NCBI RefSeq assembly: GCF_008000775.2
Contig: NZ_CP042905.2
Coordinates: forward strand, 2,400,001-2,432,000
From: Promethearchaeum syntrophicum
Lineage (GTDB): Archaea > Asgardarchaeota > Lokiarchaeia > Sigyniarchaeales > Promethearchaeaceae
Reading direction: 5' to 3'
DNA length: 32,000 nt
Shown: positions 26,077 to 32,000 of the stretch, one piece after another
Layout of the letters: every line of letters begins with the position of its first letter
Position numbering within the stretch: position 1 is the first letter of the stretch
Notes under the pieces: model-generated
What the model saw: only the letters and a program-made list of their open reading frames with translations
Databases searched by the model: none
What the model was told of the DNA's origin: nothing
Program-made: the position numbers and the translations under genes

Positions 26077-26296
26077 AAAAATAGAATTTAGTTCTTTTCT
26101 ATTGTAGAATATTTATAAACTGGCTCTTGGAGCTTATTAAATTTTGTCTGGAGTTGGGAATCAAAGGAAAATACAAGAAAATTCATACATTTACCACTTA
26201 CAAAAATATCTAGGTTAGCCTTAAATTCTTTTTTTTTGTAAATTATTAAAAACATTTTTGCTTTTTACATTCTTTGAAAAATTAAAAAAAAAAGAC

Positions 26297-26866
26297 TTAA
26301 TTCACACTTTTAAAAAAGAAAAGATATTTTGTAGCTTTTTCTCTTTTAAATATTCTTAAATTTTCAATCTTATTAACGTAGTGTTCAGCATCGTGATGTT
26401 CAACTAATAAAATTAGTTTACCAGACGGTTTTAAAACTCTCTTAAATTCATTCAGATGTTGTTGTAAATTTTCTAAGTGATGTATTACATCGAATATAAA
26501 AACATAGTCAATTGATTTATCATTAATATATAATTCACAATCTGTTGTAATTGTTGTTATATTTGATATTCCATTTGATTCAGTTTTTTTTTGAACATAT
26601 TTTTCAGCTAAAGGATGTATATCAGCAGAAAAAACATGTCCATTAGGTAAAACCATTCTCGCAGCTTCAATTGCATAATCTCCAGGACCAGCACCATAAT
26701 CTAAAATAATATCGCCAGTCTTTAATGGAATTTCATTTAGGATTTTGATAATCTTTTCTTTTTTTCGAATAAATCTGAAAAGAAATACCATGCTCCTAAA
26801 CCCAAAATTACTAAATTTTCTTTTTTTTTTCATTTTTTTCATTTTTTTCATTTCATTCATCCACAA
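26297..26866 (-). CDS. Class I SAM-dependent methyltransferase
   Basis: Motif I 'ILDYGAGPGDYAIEAA', 'VFSADIHP', 'IDYVFIFDVIHHL' and 'LKPSGKLILL'. The start is uncertain: the N-terminus MWMNEMKKMKKMKKKRKF comes from (ATGAAAAAA)x3 plus an A10 run, and an alternative ATG lies at 26791 (MVFLFRF...). Confidence 0.8.
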   Translation of the reverse strand: MWMNEMKKMKKMKKKRKFSNFGFRSMVFLFRFIRKKEKIIKILNEIPLKTGDIILDYGAGPGDYAIEAARMVLPNGHVFSADIHPLAEKYVQKKTESNGISNITTITTDCELYINDKSIDYVFIFDVIHHLENLQQHLNEFKRVLKPSGKLILLVEHHDAEHYVNKIENLRIFKREKATKYLFFFKSVN

Positions 26867-26988
26867 AATATTTTTAAATTTTAATAAAATTAATAAAAAT
26901 AAGATTTTGTATTATTAAAATCCAAAAGTCGTATATTTAGGAGTAAGTATTAAAAAAAATACCTATATATCAACCGGAAGAGGATATA

Positions 26989-27495
26989 ATGAGTTTTATT
27001 CACGATATAGAAAATTGGAAAGACGTTTTAGAATTGATTCCAAAACTACAAAATGCAGTTTTTAAAAATTTACAGAAACATCTAAATAAACAGTTTGATA
27101 CAGCGGAAATATCCCGCTCAGAATTACTTGAAAGACACAAAGAAAAAGATCCAGAAAAAAATCCAGTAAAGGAGGAGATGAAGGTCTTCTCATCGACCGC
27201 CAAAATATTCCAAGGTAAATATACTATGGAAATAATTTTCGTTTTGAGTGGGTTTAAATTTGCATTTTTTAATGAACTAAAACAAGCACTAGGAAATATA
27301 ACTTCCAGTTCTCTATCAAATAGATTACATTTATTAGAAAACTCAGGGATAGTAAAAAGAACTGTTCACGAAGGAACCCCAATTCGAGTTTCATATCATT
27401 TAACAAAGACTGGTTGGGGAGTTTATGGATTACTCTTACCACTTCTAATTTATACTGCAACAATAATAGAAACAGATAATAAAATGAAGAAATAA
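26989..27495 (+). CDS. HxlR-type winged-helix transcriptional regulator with a ~70-aa N-terminal extension
   Basis: 'GKYTMEIIFVLS...FNELKQALGNITSSSLSNRLHLLENSGIVKRTVHEGTPIRVSYHLTKTG' matches the HxlR pattern (GkW...Il..L....rF.eL.....gis...Ls..Lk.Le..Glv.R........v.Y.LT..G). It is divergent from the methyltransferase at 26297-26866. Confidence 0.8.
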   Translation: MSFIHDIENWKDVLELIPKLQNAVFKNLQKHLNKQFDTAEISRSELLERHKEKDPEKNPVKEEMKVFSSTAKIFQGKYTMEIIFVLSGFKFAFFNELKQALGNITSSSLSNRLHLLENSGIVKRTVHEGTPIRVSYHLTKTGWGVYGLLLPLLIYTATIIETDNKMKK

Positions 27496-27531
27496 AAAAA
27501 AGATCTATGGACCAAATAATTTTGTAAATCT

Positions 27532-28362
27532 TTACATGAAAACTAATGTAATCACATAATAAATGGTTACTGCAATAATATCAGATGCATTATGAGCTAT
27601 CATGGGTCCAAGTAAGCTTTTACTTCTTTCTAACAACACTCCATAAAATAATCCCAGTCCCATTGAAAAACAAATTTGCATTAAATTGAAATAAGTAATT
27701 TGAAACGGAAATAAAGTAAATCCAATATGTGCTGCAGAAAATATTACAGCTGCAAAGAAATTACTAAAAGTAATCTCAGTTTTTCCGATTTTAAACTTCC
27801 CTGACCAATGTCGAGAAAGTATTCCCAAAACCATAGCTCTAAAAACAATTTCTTCAGATAAACCAGGCATTGTTCCAGAAAAGCTTATAGTCCTTAAGTA
27901 ATCATTCAAATTTCTTTCATGTTGAATTATTGGTGGCCATCCTGAGATTATTTGAGTAATTAATGTACCTATTGATAAGGCAACAATGTAAATTATAATA
28001 AACTCTAAAACAGTTCTTAATGCCCATCTCCAATTTTTAAAATTAAGACCAAATTCTTTCAGAGATTTTTTCCAAATCGGGAGAGATATCACGAGTAAAG
28101 CAAATGCCAATTGCAAAATATGATGAGTAAAATCCCATGCTGAAGTACCAAATTCAAAAAGAATATCTGATATAAAAAAAGCTAGTTTAGGGATAAAAAT
28201 CCCTAAAAAAAGAACTATTATACCATCCAAAATTTTTATAGCTATGCTTATTTCCACTTTTTCTATGTTTTCACTCTCAACACCATTTCTTTCTTGACTA
28301 GATGTCTGCAAAATAGAACTATTGATATCCTTTAAGTGATAATCATTCGCATTTGTATCCAT
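27532..28362 (-). CDS. CPBP-family intramembrane glutamic endopeptidase (CAAX protease/Abi family)
   Basis: Motifs 'SEEIVFRAMV' (EExxxR), 'FSAAHIG' (FxxxH) and 'AHNASD' (HxxxD) sit in a polytopic membrane protein. Confidence 0.8.
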   Translation of the reverse strand: MDTNANDYHLKDINSSILQTSSQERNGVESENIEKVEISIAIKILDGIIVLFLGIFIPKLAFFISDILFEFGTSAWDFTHHILQLAFALLVISLPIWKKSLKEFGLNFKNWRWALRTVLEFIIIYIVALSIGTLITQIISGWPPIIQHERNLNDYLRTISFSGTMPGLSEEIVFRAMVLGILSRHWSGKFKIGKTEITFSNFFAAVIFSAAHIGFTLFPFQITYFNLMQICFSMGLGLFYGVLLERSKSLLGPMIAHNASDIIAVTIYYVITLVFM

Positions 28363-28391
28363 AATTATTCAAATCCAGTGTGATTTGTCTA

Positions 28392-29702
28392 TTATTCTTT
28401 GATGCAGATCTCCGAATTTATTTTTCTTTGATAATTTTCTTTTGATTTCTTCTTTTGTAAATAGGGAAACATTCCGAAACCTAATGCACATAAAGCAATT
28501 AATCCAGAACATAATCCAAAGAATGAATTTGGTGCAAAAGTTATTAATAATCCTCCGAATAATGGACCAAATAATTGACCTAAAGAATCTAAAGCTGATT
28601 TAAACCCTTGAATTTTCCCTTGTTCATATGATTCTACTGATTTTGAAATTTGTGATGATAAAACACTTCTAACGAGAGCCGCAGCTACCCCTTGAAAAAG
28701 TATAATACATATTAACTGCCATTTTTGATTAATAAGTGTTAAACTGAAATATATTACACAACTTATAATTAAACCTACTAAAGCAGATTTTTTTTCTCCT
28801 AATTTTCTTATTATTGGCATAAATAGAGTCATTCTGAACAAAATTTGAAATATCCCGGCTGTCATCAATAAAATTCCTAAAGATTCCGCTGATAGGTGAA
28901 AATTTTCATATGCATAAAGTGAAATGCTTGAATACACTAATGTCAAAGCTAAAGTGTAAAAAGCCCATTGAATTAATTTGAATTTTGGAAAATTATTTTT
29001 TTCTACTCTTGTATATGTTAATTTGTTTGAATTACTCTCATTGTTTAATTCTAGTGTAGGAATTTTAGATTCGCATTTCTTTAATGTTTCAGGTAAGAAG
29101 AAGATCGAACTAATTATTGATAAGCCAGATAAAATCATACCAAATAATCCTGGAAATAACATTCCTTGACCTAATGAAATTAATAATGCACTTATTCCTG
29201 GCCCCAATATATTTGAAAGTGCAAAAATTAAACTAATATTACCCATAAATTTAATTCGATCTTTTTTGTCAACAACGTCTCCGATTATTGCATTAGCAAT
29301 TAAAAAATTTCCTCCAAAAATTCCATCCAAAATTCTTGATAGTAATAAAATTTTATAGTTTTGACCTATGGCAAATATCAGAAAACTCAATAAAGTTCCC
29401 GTTTGACATATAATTAAAGTTGGCTTTCTTCCATATTTATCTGACAATTTTCCCCAAATAGGTCCAAAAATTATCCCAAACATAGCATTTGATGATAATA
29501 ATAATGTTGCTTGAAAACTTGTGGTGTTAAATGAGTTATTAACTTCAGGTAATAATGAAACCATGAAAGAAAAACCCAAAATATCTGCAAAAATTCCCAT
29601 CCAAATAGCATTCAATTGAGAATATTTTTTTTTTTTATTCGTTTTAATTTTTTTATCTTGCATTTTTTTCACGACATTTTTCTTTTTCTTAATATCTATC
29701 AT
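28392..29702 (-). CDS. MFS transporter
   Basis: About 12 TM segments. Motif A 'GKLSDKYGRKP' lies between TM2 and TM3. There is a central hydrophilic loop. Confidence 0.85.
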   Translation of the reverse strand: MIDIKKKKNVVKKMQDKKIKTNKKKKYSQLNAIWMGIFADILGFSFMVSLLPEVNNSFNTTSFQATLLLSSNAMFGIIFGPIWGKLSDKYGRKPTLIICQTGTLLSFLIFAIGQNYKILLLSRILDGIFGGNFLIANAIIGDVVDKKDRIKFMGNISLIFALSNILGPGISALLISLGQGMLFPGLFGMILSGLSIISSIFFLPETLKKCESKIPTLELNNESNSNKLTYTRVEKNNFPKFKLIQWAFYTLALTLVYSSISLYAYENFHLSAESLGILLMTAGIFQILFRMTLFMPIIRKLGEKKSALVGLIISCVIYFSLTLINQKWQLICIILFQGVAAALVRSVLSSQISKSVESYEQGKIQGFKSALDSLGQLFGPLFGGLLITFAPNSFFGLCSGLIALCALGFGMFPYLQKKKSKENYQRKINSEICIKE

Positions 29703-29876
29703 TTTCCCTTTCCTTGAGTCCTATAAACAATATGATTCAATTAGAAAGGAATTGATTAAATTAAGATAAAAATATGATTTAAATTAATAAGTAAAAAGGA
29801 ATGGAGTAAGTATTGGATTTGATACCTAGTAGTAGAAAAAAGATTTAATATTCATAAATAAAAATTTGAAAAAAAA

Positions 29877-31031
29877 TTATATCTCTTTTATCGCAGAATC
29901 TTGATATACATGCTCTTGGAGCTTTTTAAATGCATATTGCGATGTAGAAAAGACGGTAGCTCCGAATTTTTTCATAATCGGTCCTAATTCTTCATCAAAT
30001 ATTCTTGTGTACACTTTTATACTAGGATATTTTTGATGAAAATGTGAAGTTAATTTAATGGTATCTGAAAACTCATCTTCTTCTTTCCAACAAATAAAAA
30101 TTTGGGAAACTGTATTTAAATCGACGTGTTCTTCCAAGGCGTTTAAAATTGTTGCCTTATCGCTGATTAATGTAATAGTTGGATCATCATCGTAAAAACT
30201 TTCATCAATATCAGGATCGATTAGGAAAGTTTCACGATGTTGTTCTCTACCTAAATATTCTGTAATTCGTTGAGCAAGGCTATCCCTTCCTAATACAACT
30301 ACTTTTCCTCTTTCTCCTCTTGTCCATTCGCGTACTGATTCTAATGCCCAAGTTGATGTAGAAAAAGATAAAGCATTAAATGGTTCTCTTGCTAAATAGT
30401 CAGAATAACTTTCTCCCAAAATTCGAGTATATATTGTGCATTTATTATTCAATTCCCTCACTTTCTCACAAACAACAATAATTTCTCGAACATCATTTAC
30501 AACTAGAAATATTTCTTTTGCATGCTGTACACCAGCGAATTCAAGATTAGTAATATCGGTCGGGTCTCCAACAATAACGGGTTCTCCTTCAGAAATTAAA
30601 AAATCAACATTTTCTTCATTTTCTTCAATTACTGTATAAGGTTTATTATGTTTTTGAAGATAATCCACAATTCTCCTACCAAAATGGTGATATCCGATAA
30701 TAACTGAATGATTTCGTTGATTTTCGGCTACTAATTTTGAGGTTAAAACTGGATTAAACTTTTCGATTAAAGCTCCAAAGATAAACCCGATTACGATAAC
30801 TTCTATTAAAATTGGCCACATTAACTGATAAAATCCTGAAAAATCCGATACAAAATTTGGGGACCGAATTCCAAAAGTGATTGCTATTAGGTGCCAAATG
30901 TTTTGATCTGTTTCAAAAGCAATATAGTATGCAAAACCAATAATCCAAAATATAATACAGATGATGAACGGCCATTTATTATGCTTGATTTTTAATTTAA
31001 GATCAATCAATATACTTTTAATTCTTGACAT
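29877..31031 (-). CDS. Two-TM channel-like membrane domain fused to tandem TrkA-N/RCK-type domains (K+ channel-like, non-canonical pore)
   Basis: The N-terminus has TM - 'ITFGIRSP' re-entrant-like segment - TM. This is followed by 'VIIGYHHFGRRIVDYL' and 'VVVLGRDSLAQRITEYL' Rossmann-like beta-alpha starts. No TVGYG filter is present. Confidence 0.65.
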   Translation of the reverse strand: MSRIKSILIDLKLKIKHNKWPFIICIIFWIIGFAYYIAFETDQNIWHLIAITFGIRSPNFVSDFSGFYQLMWPILIEVIVIGFIFGALIEKFNPVLTSKLVAENQRNHSVIIGYHHFGRRIVDYLQKHNKPYTVIEENEENVDFLISEGEPVIVGDPTDITNLEFAGVQHAKEIFLVVNDVREIIVVCEKVRELNNKCTIYTRILGESYSDYLAREPFNALSFSTSTWALESVREWTRGERGKVVVLGRDSLAQRITEYLGREQHRETFLIDPDIDESFYDDDPTITLISDKATILNALEEHVDLNTVSQIFICWKEEDEFSDTIKLTSHFHQKYPSIKVYTRIFDEELGPIMKKFGATVFSTSQYAFKKLQEHVYQDSAIKEI

Positions 31032-31107
31032 GATTATAAAATTGTATTAGTTTCATTTAATTGTTTTTCAAGAAATTTGAGAAAATGATAGAATTCGTGA
31101 TTATAAA

Positions 31108-32000
31108 ATGATTGATGCATCTTGGATCTTAAAAAATTTTAGTTTGCAATCAATCTCTTTCACGAGTTTTCTCAAAAATTGTCAAAATTTGGATGATAGT
31201 TTATTCTATAAGACTGCGTTTGATAATTGGAAAAAAAAATTTAGTCTAAAATTTATGATAACAAATAATTCTCATTTAGGATCTTATAATGATATTTCAT
31301 CAGAAAAAGATGTTTTTATTCGCTATAGTTATGCTGCATGGGTCATTTATAAAATTTCTACAATTATTAATATAGATTTTAAATTCCCTGAGAAAATATG
31401 GCAATTTTTTGAATGGTTTTCCAAACTAGAACCAAATCTTACAGCAATTTATCAAAAAAATATAATAGAACTACTTGAATTGAATAAACCATTAAAAATT
31501 TCAACTGAAGATTTATTTGGGGTTTTTTTAAATCACGTTTTAGAAAGGGATATTCAAGAAGAAAAGGGAATGTTCTACACTCCTGATATATTAGCTCATT
31601 TTTTATCTACTCAAGTAATTAAAATACAAAATTTACATCCACAATCTAATATTCTTGACCCAACTTGTGGTACTGGTAACATATTGATCGGATTATTGCA
31701 CAATATAGAAGCCTCGCCTTTATCCCCTCAAATTAAAAGGAAGTTTTATCAGCAAATTTATGGATTTGATGAAAATCCTGTTGCTATTTTGGCTACGATT
31801 ACAAATTTATCCAATAATCTACTTCAATTGGATTATGATATTGAAATTATTACAAAAATAGCGAAAAATTTTCGTTGTTTAGATGTTTTTACATTCTTTC
31901 AACTTGAAGAAAATCATGAATTTTTTAGATTCTTTGATTTGGTCATTGGAAATCTCCCCTGGAATGTTTTTAATAATATCCAAAACACAACTGTTAAATC
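31108..32000 (+). CDS. N6-adenine DNA methyltransferase (gamma-class, Eco57I/TaqI-like), 5' part; continues beyond the right edge
   Basis: Hand translation of the frame starting at ATG 31108 shows no stop to the window end. It contains 'GMFYTPDILAHFL' (motif X), 'ILDPTCGTGNILIG' (motif I, SAM binding), 'GFDENPVAILAT' and 'DLVIGNLPW' (motif IV, an NPPW variant). It is absent from the ORF track because no stop lies in the window. Confidence 0.8.
   Translation, partial: MIDASWILKNFSLQSISFTSFLKNCQNLDDSLFYKTAFDNWKKKFSLKFMITNNSHLGSYNDISSEKDVFIRYSYAAWVIYKISTIINIDFKFPEKIWQFFEWFSKLEPNLTAIYQKNIIELLELNKPLKISTEDLFGVFLNHVLERDIQEEKGMFYTPDILAHFLSTQVIKIQNLHPQSNILDPTCGTGNILIGLLHNIEASPLSPQIKRKFYQQIYGFDENPVAILATITNLSNNLLQLDYDIEIITKIAKNFRCLDVFTFFQLEENHEFFRFFDLVIGNLPWNVFNNIQNTTVK

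Noticed and set aside
24296-26090. Target-site duplication of the IS
   Set aside because: Both flanks are poly-A rich (…aaataaaaaaaa|IS|aaaaaatagaa…). Any 3-9 bp duplication could arise by chance, so I cannot assign it from this single copy.
1-32000. Search for CRISPR arrays, tRNA, rRNA and C/D-box sRNAs in intergenic regions
   Set aside because: There are no regularly spaced direct repeats. No T-arm or acceptor-stem pattern or rRNA-like conserved blocks are present. No convincing RUGAUGA...CUGA box pairs were seen by eye, though a covariance-model scan would be needed to exclude small RNAs.

Overview
AT-rich archaeal chromosomal segment. Supporting evidence: archaeal/eukaryotic-type ribosomal proteins eS1 (S3Ae) and uS15, deoxyhypusine synthase next to agmatinase, TATA-like boxes close to start codons, oligo-T terminators, and GGTGA Shine-Dalgarno sites inside operons. 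An Arf-like GTPase fused to a longin-like domain, with HEAT/coiled-coil neighbours, suggests an Asgard (Lokiarchaeia-like) origin; this is inference only. I support about 31 protein-coding genes (two truncated by the window edges), one stop-interrupted small gene, one complete IS element with 22-bp perfect terminal inverted repeats, and one intragenic 21-bp tandem repeat. I found no rRNA, tRNA or CRISPR array. Most interesting loci: (1) a divergent four-gene cluster at 250-5686 with a longin-like/Arf-like GTPase whose catalytic motifs are replaced, an AbrB-domain acidic-repeat protein, a Cys-motif orphan and a HEAT+coiled-coil protein, which may be an uncharacterised trafficking-like or regulatory module; (2) a fused HgcA-HgcB-like corrinoid/ferredoxin membrane protein translationally coupled to a SAM methyltransferase (12434-14253); (3) a membrane-anchored alpha/beta hydrolase gene flanked by imperfect direct copies of the HgcAB-like gene's 3' end; (4) a two-gene small-protein pair whose second member carries an in-frame TAA (9827-10443); (5) an unclassified IS (24306-26076); (6) the 5' part of an N6-adenine DNA methyltransferase running off the right edge. 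All functional calls come from motif recognition by eye. No database searches were run.
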